A stretch of DNA of 49,992 nucleotides from Candidatus Hadarchaeota archaeon (GCA_964384105.1 CAYLJV010000007.1:1-49992), one strand, 5' to 3'; counted from the first letter of the stretch, positions 1-8,853 are shown. The notes: generated by a model from the sequence alone, not told the origin. A program made the numbers and translations.

Positions 1-53
1 AGTTTTTCCTCGATCGAGTCAATTCTTTTCTCAACTAGTTCCTGATCTATCAT
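1..53 (-). CDS. Probable HEPN/DUF86 (HepT-like) toxin, 5' end only; runs off the window edge
   Basis: Reads MIDQELVEKRIDSIEEK; ATGA overlap with the stop of the upstream MNT gene, as typical of MNT-HEPN pairs. Confidence 0.65.
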   Translation of the reverse strand, partial: MIDQELVEKRIDSIEEK

Positions 54-451
54 GCGAGTAGCCTCTTTCTTCTTATCTCATTATAATGGTCGAAGAAAGG
101 TTTGTAATCTAGATATCTGTCGTAAACTTCGGTTTCGAATTTTATTCTTTCACTCTCGTCTCGGGTGAGTATTTCTTTCCCGTGTTTGAGGACCTGGTGT
201 TGGAAAGTTATCGGTTTACCGTTCAGCACCCTCACATCGACTTCTCTATCCAGGCTCAACTTTTTCTCTAGTTCTCTGGATATCCTCGTCGTGTACAGCG
301 CATCTGGTTCGAACTCGTCGCTTAAAAGCAGGCCTATATCGATGTCGCTATCCTTGTGAGTTGTGCCTTTTGCTATCGAACCATAAAGGTAAGCCACTGA
401 GATCTCCTCGTGCTTCTGCAGGACTTTCGAGATGTTCTTTTCTATTCCCAT
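50..451 (-). CDS. mntA: Minimal nucleotidyltransferase (MntA-type antitoxin)
   Basis: YLYGSIAKG...SDIDIG motif, VDVRVLN, 133 aa. Confidence 0.9.
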   Translation of the reverse strand: MGIEKNISKVLQKHEEISVAYLYGSIAKGTTHKDSDIDIGLLLSDEFEPDALYTTRISRELEKKLSLDREVDVRVLNGKPITFQHQVLKHGKEILTRDESERIKFETEVYDRYLDYKPFFDHYNEIRRKRLLA

Positions 452-537
452 AATAACCTTTTATAAATCGAATAGTCGGAAACTTAACTTTTTGCTTTCT
501 TTAAAAACCACCTCGCCCGAAATCGACAGAGGAGCTT

Positions 538-660
538 TTGAAGATAGTTTTTTCCCCAACATTCGCTGAAAAAACTCCATATTATCGAACAGCACGGGTT
601 TAGCCTGACGAAAAGCCAGATTGTGGATGCGATCTTGAACCCAGATAGCGATGTGGAAGG
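538..660 (+). pseudogene. Truncated, frameshifted remnant of the DUF4258-like gene at 27335
   Basis: About 496-660 aligns by eye with about 27296-27455 (aatcgacagaggagcttttgaagatagttttt...cacgggtttagcctgacgaaaagccagattgtggatg). Confidence 0.8.
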
Positions 661-771
661 TAGTTCTCAAGGTTCGGTAATACGGTAGAGTCCCCTGATT
701 TGTGAGACGGACCCCGAACGCTCTACCGAGAGCCTGCAATTTTAAATATTGTAAATATGTTAAGTCTATAC

Positions 772-972
772 ATGTCGCAGGGAAAGAACAAACGGATACC
801 CGTGTCCGAGAACATTTGGAAGAGGTTGGGAGACCTTAAGAGTGCCGGAGAGACCTACGACGAAGTCTTGGAAAAGATGATTAGAGACCATAACCGGATG
901 GAGCTGGCCAGAAAGATGAAAAGAGTGGAAGAGGAGAACAGGGAGGAGCTAGTATCCCTTGACGACTTATGA
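772..972 (+). CDS. Small RHH-type antitoxin (RelB-like partner)
   Basis: KRIPVSENIWKRLGDLK...ETYDEVLEKMI; overlaps the relE-like gene; ATG at 772 preferred as start. Confidence 0.75.
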   Translation: MSQGKNKRIPVSENIWKRLGDLKSAGETYDEVLEKMIRDHNRMELARKMKRVEEENREELVSLDDL

Positions 973-1249
973 TGTCCTACTCTCCCCAGATGTGAATGAA
1001 TTTCTCCAGAATAGGAGCGAAAAGACCCGTAGGATAGTGAAGGAGAATTTGAGAAAACTAGAGGGTAATCCTTACCCTGGCAGAGGGAGCGGAGATAAAG
1101 AAAAGCTGCCCATCGAAGGCGAAAAAAGGTTTCGGATGCATATCGGGAGGACTTGGACCGTTTTCTACTCCATTTTGGAACGCGAGAAAGAGGTCAGAAT
1201 TTCTGAGATACTTCCAATCGATGAAGCACACAAAAAATATGGATACTGA
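959..1249 (+). CDS. RelE/ParE family toxin
   Basis: 96 aa; LRKLEGNPYPG, RFRMHIGRTWTVFYSI; coupled to the antitoxin. Confidence 0.85.
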   Translation: MTTYDVLLSPDVNEFLQNRSEKTRRIVKENLRKLEGNPYPGRGSGDKEKLPIEGEKRFRMHIGRTWTVFYSILEREKEVRISEILPIDEAHKKYGY

Positions 1250-1302
1250 TCCACGAAACCATTGCCGCTGGGAACTGCTGAGAGGAAATTAAATAATATT
1301 TT

Positions 1303-1782
1303 TCAAAGCTCTTTGAGTTCTGAGATTGTGCTGATATAGATTAAATTGTTTCTATTCCACTCTCTTTTTTCAAATATTTTTTCCAGATTCTTAATCAGTT
1401 CGTTTTTTGTAAAGATATCTTCTTTTACAAGGACGAGGAGAAGTAGCGTGCTGAAGTGGGCTTCTTCTTGGTGAGATTTTACAAATTTGATGTCGTCTGA
1501 TACAAGTAAATCTAAATTCTCGTTCCTATAGATTTTTAGTGCTTCTAATTCGCCTTCTTCAAACTCATTTGTTTCTATTAGCTTTATATGGTCGTTGACC
1601 ATATTTAAAATCCTTTTCGCTGCTATTCCTAGTCTATCTTTAGTTTTGGAAATTTCTTTTAGTTCCTTCTTAATGGTTAAACCTATACAGAAGGTGAATA
1701 ATTTTAGAGCATCTTCTAGGCAATTGGAGAGTTTTAAAGATAGAAGAGCGCTTGTATCGGCAGCAACACTGAGTTTATCCAC
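1303..1782 (-). CDS. PIN-domain protein (VapC/DUF3368-like)
   Basis: ADTSALL, GELEAL and LLVSDD acidic PIN motifs. Confidence 0.8.
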   Translation of the reverse strand: MDKLSVAADTSALLSLKLSNCLEDALKLFTFCIGLTIKKELKEISKTKDRLGIAAKRILNMVNDHIKLIETNEFEEGELEALKIYRNENLDLLVSDDIKFVKSHQEEAHFSTLLLLVLVKEDIFTKNELIKNLEKIFEKREWNRNNLIYISTISELKEL

Positions 1783-1783
1783 A

Positions 1784-2095
1784 TTACCGTCCTACTTCCC
1801 TGCTCAGTTCTTCGGCTTTGACGAAGTCTTCTCGAACCTTTTTGATAACGAAGTCTATGTCTTCTGTCATTTCGCCGAAAACCTCTTTCAGTTCTTGTTT
1901 GTCGATGGTTCCTTTTAAGTAAGCAAGGATTATCTGATATTTCAAATCCTTTGTTGCTTCTTTCAAATCTCTCGCTATTCTGTTTCTCACCCATTCCGAG
2001 GGGGATACGTGAAGGACTTTGGAGACCACTTCGATCTCCTTTTTCATCTGTGGGTCCATCCTGATACCTAAAGTTTCGTCCTTTTTTGTCGACAT
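1784..2095 (-). CDS. RHH-containing antitoxin-like protein
   Basis: N-terminal TLGIRMDPQMKKEIE...SEWVR; ends 1 bp before the PIN gene. Confidence 0.7.
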   Translation of the reverse strand: MSTKKDETLGIRMDPQMKKEIEVVSKVLHVSPSEWVRNRIARDLKEATKDLKYQIILAYLKGTIDKQELKEVFGEMTEDIDFVIKKVREDFVKAEELSREVGR

Positions 2096-2325
2096 ATTGT
2101 GTTAAACATTGTTATACAAAAATAAAAGTTTTCTGAACAGGAGAAACTGCTGGCTTTGTATCATGCCAAATTCAGGAGTCTACAGAGTGATGGATTTCCT
2201 GTTTATCGACAGTTGATCTAATCCCATTTCTCCAGTTTGTTACCTTCCGATCTAAGTCCAAAATTTATCTTCTTTAGCCTAGAAGTCCCCTTCCTAACGG
2301 GTGCAACGAGTTAGGCGGATGTAAT

Positions 2326-3099
2326 TCACTTCATTCTACTCGACATAAACCTTTCAACTTCCGTTATCACTCTGGTAAATTCGGGCGCATCTGGAACTAG
2401 TGTCATTAGATCCCTATCCCAGGTTTCCTGTTTGTCTGCCATCCGCTCGATGAACTTTTTCCACACGAACTTGTTTTCACTTTTCAGCGTCTCGAGTTTT
2501 TCATTGATAAGCTCTATATCGGGTTTGACTCCTCTTCTCAGGAGATACCAGGTATCGTAGATGTCCCTCGGAGCTTCTCTTATGATAATGGCTCGTATCT
2601 TCTCTGCCAATATCTCCTCCAGAGACATAGCTCTGACCTTGAAATCCGGGATTTTGCTGTAGTATGGGTTCAAAACCCTTTTCATCGATCCTTTTCTACT
2701 TGGTTTTCTTCTGGTGCTCAGATCTATTTTGATACTGTTAGGGTGTCCGTTCATGTCTCTATACTTTACTTTGTGTCTTGTACTGTCCTCCCTACCTTCT
2801 TCCCGATTTAGTTCTCTGAAATCTATATTCTTAATTTTCCTGTTTTCTAGTTCTTCTTTGAGATCTTCGAGAATCTCTTGTGAGATGTCCTCTAGACAGG
2901 TGAAGTCCAAATCGACCAAGAACCTTGCATCATCAAAGTAAATTTTTTTGATACAGGTTCCTCCTTTGAAAACCAACTTTTTGGAGTAAGGTAAATCGGA
3001 TATATATTTGAGAGTCACCGTTAGCACGTAGTCTTTGTGTATTGTTCCAAGAGGTACATTTTTTCTACCGGCTAAGTTTCTCAGTTCCTTGTTGTTCAT
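2326..3099 (-). CDS. AbiEii-family nucleotidyltransferase toxin (type IV TA)
   Basis: HKDY, LVFKGGTCI, RFLVDLDF, EILAEKIRA, PRDIYD. Confidence 0.9.
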   Translation of the reverse strand: MNNKELRNLAGRKNVPLGTIHKDYVLTVTLKYISDLPYSKKLVFKGGTCIKKIYFDDARFLVDLDFTCLEDISQEILEDLKEELENRKIKNIDFRELNREEGREDSTRHKVKYRDMNGHPNSIKIDLSTRRKPSRKGSMKRVLNPYYSKIPDFKVRAMSLEEILAEKIRAIIIREAPRDIYDTWYLLRRGVKPDIELINEKLETLKSENKFVWKKFIERMADKQETWDRDLMTLVPDAPEFTRVITEVERFMSSRMK

Positions 3100-3236
3100 T
3101 TTTTCTGTCTTCCCGTCGCCCCGATATTCTCGATTTCTATTTTTTGTCCAGGGCGACTCCTGCCGGTTCAGTAATTGGCCGGTGGGTGTTTTTTAGAAGA
3201 AAAAGAGCAATAGGGGTTTGACAAGAGAAATCACCT

Positions 3237-4055
3237 TCAGTATTCCCTCCAATCCAATAGAGTCTCCCTGTCGAGATTGATTTTCAGTCCCCATCTCCTA
3301 TTGTAGCTTTTCGTGTCCTTCCCGGCGGTGGGGTCCAGCCATCTGAATCCGGTGAAGTTCTCCTCGAGCTCCTCCGTTATCCCTCTTTCTATTTCGAGGG
3401 TCTCCAGGATGTAGCCTAGCCTCCTGGTCACCGAGCTCACGTCCAGCCTCTCTAGGTACTCGAGTAGACCCTCCCAGTCCAGTTCCTCTCTCGCGTTCCA
3501 GACGGCTTTCGTTGCTTCGGGTAGACCTCCACAGTGTTGGGGGTAGGTGAGAGCGTCCAGAACTGTTTTTTCCCTGCTGGACACCACGAAGGTGCTGTCG
3601 TCCGTTCTCCGTTCGATCTCCCCGAAGAACCGGTCTTCGGAGATGGTGATGAACATTATCTTTTGTCCTCCGTACCCGACGTCTCTTTTTCTCCTTGTCA
3701 GGGCGACCTGGGTGATTTTGGCGACCTGCTCCGTCATGTCCCAGTGATTCATGGCGGACCAGAAACCGATGTAGTAGTCGTCCACGAGGGAATCTACCAC
3801 GAGGTGGACGCTCTCCGACCAGTGGCCCTCTATCCCCGATCTGGCGGGCGATAGGACGTACTTCCCCCTCTCTATCCTGTCCACTCGATTTTTCCTCTTG
3901 AGCCTCTGAATAACGTTGGCGAGGGAGGAGTCCGAGATATCCAGTATGTCCCTCGCATCCTGAAAGGTGAAGACGGTCCTTCCCCGCCTCTCCAGTTCGA
4001 AGATCAGGGTTGATTCCCTCGGTCCAAATCTTAAACTTTTACTCACGATAATCAC
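3237..4055 (-). CDS. AbiEi-family antitoxin/transcriptional regulator
   Basis: N-terminal wHTH (RIERGKY), YYIGFWSAMNHWDMTEQ, SREKTVLD, RRLGYILE. Confidence 0.9.
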   Translation of the reverse strand: MIIVSKSLRFGPRESTLIFELERRGRTVFTFQDARDILDISDSSLANVIQRLKRKNRVDRIERGKYVLSPARSGIEGHWSESVHLVVDSLVDDYYIGFWSAMNHWDMTEQVAKITQVALTRRKRDVGYGGQKIMFITISEDRFFGEIERRTDDSTFVVSSREKTVLDALTYPQHCGGLPEATKAVWNAREELDWEGLLEYLERLDVSSVTRRLGYILETLEIERGITEELEENFTGFRWLDPTAGKDTKSYNRRWGLKINLDRETLLDWREY

Positions 4056-4289
4056 TCTTAAGGTGATTTTTGTTACAGTAAATATAAAAATTAGTGGGAA
4101 TTGTCATGGGCCAATTATCGGCTGACTTCCCTCGACACCCGGGAGAGAAACAGAGGGCACCGATAATGTTTAGGCATGAGGTAAACGATTTAACTTCCGT
4201 GTCGAGAAGTCCCTTTCCCAATCAAAGATTGGATGGGTACCCCCGTGATAATCTGGAAACTATTGGAAAATGGAGGGATAGACGAGACT

Positions 4290-4385
4290 AAATTTCGTGA
4301 AAGCTTGGATTTGCTGAGGGAGATAGGATGGTTTTCAAATGTGGTGATCGACAAAGTACTAGAAAGAGGGGTGGAAGATGCCTAA
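4290..4385 (+). pseudogene. C-terminal remnant of a PIN/DUF3368-like toxin gene
   Basis: Reads KFRESLDLLREIGWFSNVVIDKVLERGVEDA*; overlaps the UPF0175-like start; homologous to 9044-9090. Confidence 0.55.
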
Positions 4386-4727
4386 ATCCGTGGGAATAAG
4401 AATGGACGATGAACTCCTGAGAAAGCTCGACGAGATGAGTGAAGATGAGAACGTGGATAGGAGCACGCTCGTCAGAAGACTGGTGAGAAAGGGTTACAAA
4501 CTCCGAAAAAAAGAGAGGGCAGCAGAGAGACAGCAGAGAGATACAAGAAAGGCGAGATAACTCTGAGCAAAGCGGCAGAGGAAGCCGAAATAACAATATG
4601 GGAGATGGAGAAGTTCCTCGTGGAGTCCGGGTATAGATCGGAGTACTCCGTCAAGGACCTGAAAGGGAGATCTCCGAAATATCCTCTAGGTGAAGTCCTG
4701 TGGCGGTTCGAGGACTCGATTTCTTGA
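4378..4727 (+). pseudogene. RHH/UPF0175-like antitoxin frameshifted by an 11-bp tandem duplication
   Basis: CAGCAGAGAGA occurs twice (4520-4541); removing one copy restores ...AAERYKKGEITLSKAAEEAEITIWEMEKFL. Confidence 0.85.
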
Positions 4728-4732
4728 AAAGA

Positions 4733-4819
4733 CCTCGGTGTCGATAGTCCGGTCGAAACAAGGGATTGAGTCAACTGTTTATTTTTTACAAGTTCCTAGC
4801 AAATGAAGTCTTTCTCGAT
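4733..4819. repeat. Degenerate intergenic repeat of about 85 bp, copy 1 (copy 2 at 6051-6132)
   Basis: Shared cgatagtccggtcgaaa...gattga...tttatttt.tacaagttc...gcaa.tgaagt. Confidence 0.8.
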
Positions 4820-5140
4820 CTTGGTGATTTATTGGTTTATATAGTGACTTCACTCGATATTTGAGAAAGAGGTTCTATTTGAAGATGCTCCCGCTTCTTT
4901 TTGGAAAGGTAATCTTCTGTCTATTTTCATTCTCCAGTATCCGTCCGTGTTTCAGGAATGTAGTATGTTGGTGTAGGAATAAGATCTCGGCGTGATGAGG
5001 GAGACATGGATTACCGGAAAAATTAGATCAGAGAAAATTGGTAAGCTGGTTTGTCTGGGATTATTGGTGACCAATACTAAGTCCTCTAAAATTGCTTAAA
5101 TTTGGGATAAAAAGTCATTTTACAGTTTTAGTTTTTCGAG

Positions 5141-5168
5141 ATTTTTTGTTACACCCATAACAAAAAAT
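5141..5168. other. dif-like 11-6-11 site (perfect arms)
   Basis: ATTTTTTGTTA CACCCA TAACAAAAAAT; the arms are exact reverse complements. Confidence 0.7.
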
Positions 5169-5305
5169 AAAAACCGTGGAATAACCTCTAAATCTAAAAT
5201 CACCTGCAAACTTTCAATTTAGAAAAAACCATCTCCACCGAAATATTACCGGTGTATCCAATAACGAAATATCTTGCTTCAGGAGAATTTCTATTTCCGG
5301 ACTTC

Positions 5306-5668
5306 TCAATAAGTTTCCACTTCTATCTCTTCAATTCTCCGAAAATCGGAGTCCCTGGTGAGGAGAATAAGATCTCGATTGCTCACCATTCCCGCTATAA
5401 TCGTATCTATCTCGGCCAGGTTCTTCCCTTTCTCTCTGAGTTGATAGTAGATTTCGCCGGCCTTTTTCGCGTTCTCCACCTCGAAATCGAGTACCTCCTT
5501 GGCGAAGAAGAGATCGGTTATGTCGAACTGTGTGAACTTTGAGAGCTCGTAGACGCAGGGGGTTCCGGTTACTTCGTGCCCCTTTATATTTTCGTGCTTT
5601 TCGAGCGCTTCCTCTCTCTCGTTAATGAGGTCCACGAGGAAACTAGTGTCCAAGAAGTAGTCTTTCAC
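5306..5668 (-). CDS. vapC: VapC PIN-domain toxin
   Basis: FLDTSFLVD, YEL, IDTIIAG, LLTRDSDF. Confidence 0.9.
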   Translation of the reverse strand: MKDYFLDTSFLVDLINEREEALEKHENIKGHEVTGTPCVYELSKFTQFDITDLFFAKEVLDFEVENAKKAGEIYYQLREKGKNLAEIDTIIAGMVSNRDLILLTRDSDFRRIEEIEVETY

Positions 5669-5873
5669 GTTTCTCGTCCTCCTCGCTTCTTTTTCTGCTC
5701 TTCTCTATTTTCTTCCACTCGACATCCAAATCGGCCCCGATTAGGTTTGTGAAGTCTTTCTTGGATGTCTCGGTGAGTTCCAAAATTACATCGCTGAAGC
5801 TTTTGTCGTCCTTCTTTAGCCTCTTCAGCCTTTCGTAGGCCTCTTCTTTCAGAGAGATGGTTTTAGTTGCCAT
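5643..5873 (-). CDS. vapB: VapB antitoxin (DUF217-like)
   Basis: MATKTISLKEEAYERLKRLK...SFSDVILEL; overlaps vapC. Confidence 0.9.
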   Translation of the reverse strand: MATKTISLKEEAYERLKRLKKDDKSFSDVILELTETSKKDFTNLIGADLDVEWKKIEKSRKRSEEDEKRERLLLGH

Positions 5874-5897
5874 ATGTATATGCATGTGTACATGCAC
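5871..5897. promoter_or_regulatory. Probable VapB operator (tandem short palindromes)
   Basis: CATATGTATATGCATGTGTACATGCAC directly at the vapB start. Confidence 0.5.
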
Positions 5898-5906
5898 TCT
5901 TTAATA

Positions 5907-5934
5907 ATTTTTTGTCTTACCCATAACAAAGAAG
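5907..5934. other. dif-like 11-6-11 site
   Basis: ATTTTTTGTCT TACCCA TAACAAAGAAG; same orientation as the 5141 site; the two bracket vapBC. Confidence 0.65.
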
Positions 5935-6050
5935 CGGTAAAAATTATCGATATGTCTTTCTTTATCTTCTTTAGCCGAAAAGACTCCTTCCAATCAAGTT
6001 GATGGGTGTGGAATTGACTGTTTTTGCTTTCACTTATCTCCTCGAGAAGG

Positions 6051-6132
6051 CCTCGTGCCGATAGTCCGGTCGAAAAAAGCGATTGAATCCTATTTATTTT
6101 TACAAGTTCTCGGCAAGTGAAGTATCTCTCGA
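6051..6132. repeat. Degenerate intergenic repeat, copy 2
   Basis: Aligns with 4733-4819; ends about 10 bp before the 6142 site. Confidence 0.8.
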
Positions 6133-6141
6133 CTCGATCGT

Positions 6142-6169
6142 TTAGTTTATTGCGCCCACGACAAAAATC
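6142..6169. other. dif-like 11-6-11 site (diverged)
   Basis: TTAGTTTATTG CGCCCA CGACAAAAATC. Confidence 0.55.
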
Positions 6170-6221
6170 CGGAAGATCCTAAGTTAAAAGTTTAAGTTTC
6201 TTCGAGAGAATTCTAATTAAG

Positions 6222-7160
6222 ATGAAGAGAGGAAACTTTCTCTTATTTATTGTACTCGTTATAATCTCTTTCTTATTCAGAGTCCTGAGCATCCAGTATC
6301 CGAAGCTGTACCTGGTGAACGCCTTCTACACGGTACTGGCTCTGACAATCATCTACCTCGTTTTCAAAATAGTCCTTGAGAATGTAGTAATAGAAAAGAT
6401 CCAGGACAAAAAGACGAGGTACTCCCTCAGAAAAGCGATCTCTATAATCTACATCGTGGCCTTCTTGGTCGTTTCGTTGAGCATCTGGGTCGCCCAGACT
6501 CAAACTCTGATCGTGTCTTTTGGTCTTATTGCCGCGGGGATAGCTGTTTCTCTGCAGGATTTCTTCAAGAATATAGTCGGTGGAATAACCCTCTTCCTGA
6601 CGGGGATCTATCGGGTCGGGGACCGGATAGAGATAAAGGACAAGTGCGGCGATGTGATTGACATCGGTATAATGTACACCACCCTCATGGAGACGGGGCA
6701 GTGGATAAGGGGTGATCAGGCCACGGGTAGGCTTATCAATATACCCAACGGCCAGGTACTGTCCAGCAATGTGGATAACTATACCAAGGACAATAGTTTC
6801 ATCTGGGACGAGATCACGGTTCCCATAAAGTACGGGAGCGACTTGGAGAAGGCGATGGAGATCGTTACAGAGGCAGCGGATTCCGAAACCGGCTCGATAG
6901 CCGATCAGGCAAGGGAGATACTGTCCAAGATGGGCGACAAGTACTACACGTCTCAGAGGGAGGTGTTTCCGGCTGTCTACTTGACTCTGACGGATAACTG
7001 GATAGATTTCAGTGTCAGGTATATCACGGATGCGAAGGAGAGAAGACAGATGAACGATGCGATAAGCCGTAGGATTCTCGAGAAAATAGACGGTACGGAG
7101 GACGTGGAGATAGCCTCGGAAACGCTCGATATAATAGGTTTCCCCGATGCCAAGAAGTAG
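6222..7160 (+). CDS. mscS: MscS family small mechanosensitive channel
   Basis: TM helices, GLIAAGIAVSLQD, YRVGDRIEI, GDVIDIG, IPNG. Confidence 0.92.
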   Translation: MKRGNFLLFIVLVIISFLFRVLSIQYPKLYLVNAFYTVLALTIIYLVFKIVLENVVIEKIQDKKTRYSLRKAISIIYIVAFLVVSLSIWVAQTQTLIVSFGLIAAGIAVSLQDFFKNIVGGITLFLTGIYRVGDRIEIKDKCGDVIDIGIMYTTLMETGQWIRGDQATGRLINIPNGQVLSSNVDNYTKDNSFIWDEITVPIKYGSDLEKAMEIVTEAADSETGSIADQAREILSKMGDKYYTSQREVFPAVYLTLTDNWIDFSVRYITDAKERRQMNDAISRRILEKIDGTEDVEIASETLDIIGFPDAKK

Positions 7161-7374
7161 ATCGAGAAGAAATGGAGATTCTTTAAGTTATATCGAATTT
7201 TCGGCCGGTGATATGATGGATAATTTTACCTAAAGGGGCCCGAGATCCGGAATAGATGAAGAAGACTGAATGATAGCCTCGAGAGTGCCTGGAGAGCCAT
7301 AAAGGGTTGATTTTTAGTGGGGATATCCTTTTATCAGGGTTGCAGATATTGCCCTATTTTCTATTTGGGGACTT

Positions 7375-7402
7375 TTAAGGTTTTACACTTGTATACAAAA
7401 AT
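7375..7402. other. dif-like 11-6-11 site (diverged)
   Basis: TTAAGGTTTTA CACTTG TATACAAAAAT; lies between convergent gene ends. Confidence 0.5.
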
Positions 7403-7464
7403 AGAGAATTCTAAACTGATGTCTGGAGCTTTTCGCTCGAAATTTTGAGAAGATTTCGAATGCT

Positions 7465-7995
7465 CTAACTCTCTTCGTAGATGCCCTCTAACTTTTCAAG
7501 ATCGTAGAGTAATACGTTTTCCTCGACTAGTTCTTCGGTGAAACCCGACCTGCTAAAAATTGCATAGTGTTTTTTCCAGAGTACGTCGACTGCAAGAGTT
7601 TTTTCTCGTAGTCTGTTCAGGGTTTGGTAATCGACGGGGTTTTTTGACCATTTGCACTCTGCGAACAGGGAGTTCTCACTGCCCAACGCGATTATATCTA
7701 TCTCTTTCTCTTTGTACCACCATTTTCCAATCTTTGATGCTGAGAAGGGTAATTTCCCTCTTTCGTTCAGTATCCTCACGTCGGCTTCCCTGTTAAGGTC
7801 GAGATTTTCTTCTATTTCTCTGGAGATTTTTGCCGTGTAAAGCGCATCTGGTTCGAACTCGTCGCTTAAAAGCAGGCCTATATCGATGTCGCTATCCTTG
7901 TGAGTTGTGCCTTTTGCTATCGAACCATAAAGGTAAGCCACTGAGATCTCCTCGTGCTTCTGCAGGACTTTCGAGATGTTCTTTTCTATTCCCAT
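7465..7995 (-). CDS. Chimeric ORF: MNT N-terminus fused to a DUF234-like PD-(D/E)XK C-terminus
   Basis: First 54 aa identical to 50..451; then IGKWWYKEKEIDIIA...FAECKW...FSRSGFT, typical of the C-terminus of archaeal ATPases. Confidence 0.75.
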   Translation of the reverse strand: MGIEKNISKVLQKHEEISVAYLYGSIAKGTTHKDSDIDIGLLLSDEFEPDALYTAKISREIEENLDLNREADVRILNERGKLPFSASKIGKWWYKEKEIDIIALGSENSLFAECKWSKNPVDYQTLNRLREKTLAVDVLWKKHYAIFSRSGFTEELVEENVLLYDLEKLEGIYEES

Positions 7996-8063
7996 AATAA
8001 CCTTTTATAAATCTAATAGCTGGAAACCTAACTTTTTGTTTTCTGAGGTCTTTTGTTGTTGTC

Positions 8064-8091
8064 TTAGTTAGTTGTAGGTGTGCACAAAAGA
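8064..8091. other. dif-like site (diverged, spacer inverted)
   Basis: TTAGTTAGTTG TAGGTG TGCACAAAAGA; compare the 28037 site. Confidence 0.45.
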
Positions 8092-8137
8092 TCGAAGTTG
8101 GATATTAGTTGCGATACAGGTTATGCTTTCGGATAGT

Positions 8138-8539
8138 TCATGTAATTGTGGGTGTCCGCTCATTCCGGTAGTCAAGCGGTAGGTCGATTTCTATGTGGAT
8201 TCTATCGTATGGAACTCGAGGCTTTTTTCGGTTTCCCTCCTCTTTCAGGGTGAGTATTTTGTATTTTTCAAGGAGATGGACGTCTTCATAAACCTCCCTC
8301 ACCCCTCTTTCAAGGGTTTTAGCGAGCCCCCGAATGCTTTCGGGTGGGGTTTCCATTACCTCCTGAATGAGCTCTTGCCGTTTTTCGGTCAACAGCTTTC
8401 TGAACATGGCTGTGTCTTCGAAGAATATCCTCTCTGGTCCTCCGCCTTTCTTCCCTATCTTTTTTATCTCTTGGAGAGTTTCCTCTTCGAACTCCTCCAG
8501 TGTTCCTGTGGTTATCTCGAGCACTTTCTTATTTCTCAT
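8138..8539 (-). CDS. HVO_A0114-like HTH DNA-binding antitoxin
   Basis: LLTEKRQELI...PESIRGLAKTLERGVREVYEDVHLL...KPRVPYDRI. Confidence 0.8.
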   Translation of the reverse strand: MRNKKVLEITTGTLEEFEEETLQEIKKIGKKGGGPERIFFEDTAMFRKLLTEKRQELIQEVMETPPESIRGLAKTLERGVREVYEDVHLLEKYKILTLKEEGNRKKPRVPYDRIHIEIDLPLDYRNERTPTIT

Positions 8540-8853
8540 TCGATTTTACCTCCTTCATGAACTTTTTGAAGTGAGTGTGAAGGGATTTGAACTTTACACC
8601 GACAGTTTCATTCTCTCTCAAGTGCTTGTGGTGCCGGCTTTTTGAGTGTTCGCTGTAGTTGTCGTATCTTAGTATGGTTTCGCCGGAGTCTGGGTCGTAG
8701 TGCTGAAAACTGTACTTGATACCTCTGGGATATCTCTTAGACCGGGGTATTAGAAAGGCAATGGCCTCCACTACAGTTCCGTCCTCGAGAACGATTCTCC
8801 TGTTCAGAATCCTCTTCGAAGTAACTCCGATCTCCCTTCAATCTTTCCCCCAT
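8529..8853 (-). pseudogene. DUF6516 (TumE-like) toxin, probably frameshifted near its 5' end
   Basis: YPRGIKYSFQ...ILRYDN...HHKH; ATG at 8853 is one base out of frame; the GTG ORF 8529..8771 lacks the N-terminus. Confidence 0.7.

Noticed and set aside
672-728. Hairpin CGGTAGAG...CTCTACCG as a structured RNA
   Set aside because: Single 8-bp stem, no second copy and no recognisable RNA family
461-739. Minus-strand ORFs 461..739 and 27293..27502 that resemble each other
   Set aside because: They are antisense shadows of the duplicated DUF4258-like sequence
2094-2123. Possible dif-like site with right arm TATACAAAAAT
   Set aside because: The spacer does not match, and TGT-N3-ACA repeats at the start of an RHH gene are better explained as an operator/promoter
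4065-4092. GATTTTTGTTA-CAGTAA-ATATAAAAATT as a dif-like site
   Set aside because: Only the left arm fits, and it coincides with the expected TATA box of abiEi
5874-5897. His-rich N-terminal extension MHVHMHIH on VapB
   Set aside because: It results from translating the palindromic operator; the family-like start is MATKTI at 5873
5141-8091. Integron attC interpretation of the repeated sites
   Set aside because: The sites are compact 28-bp 11-6-11 units without long attC hairpins, and the genes lie in both orientations with their own promoters
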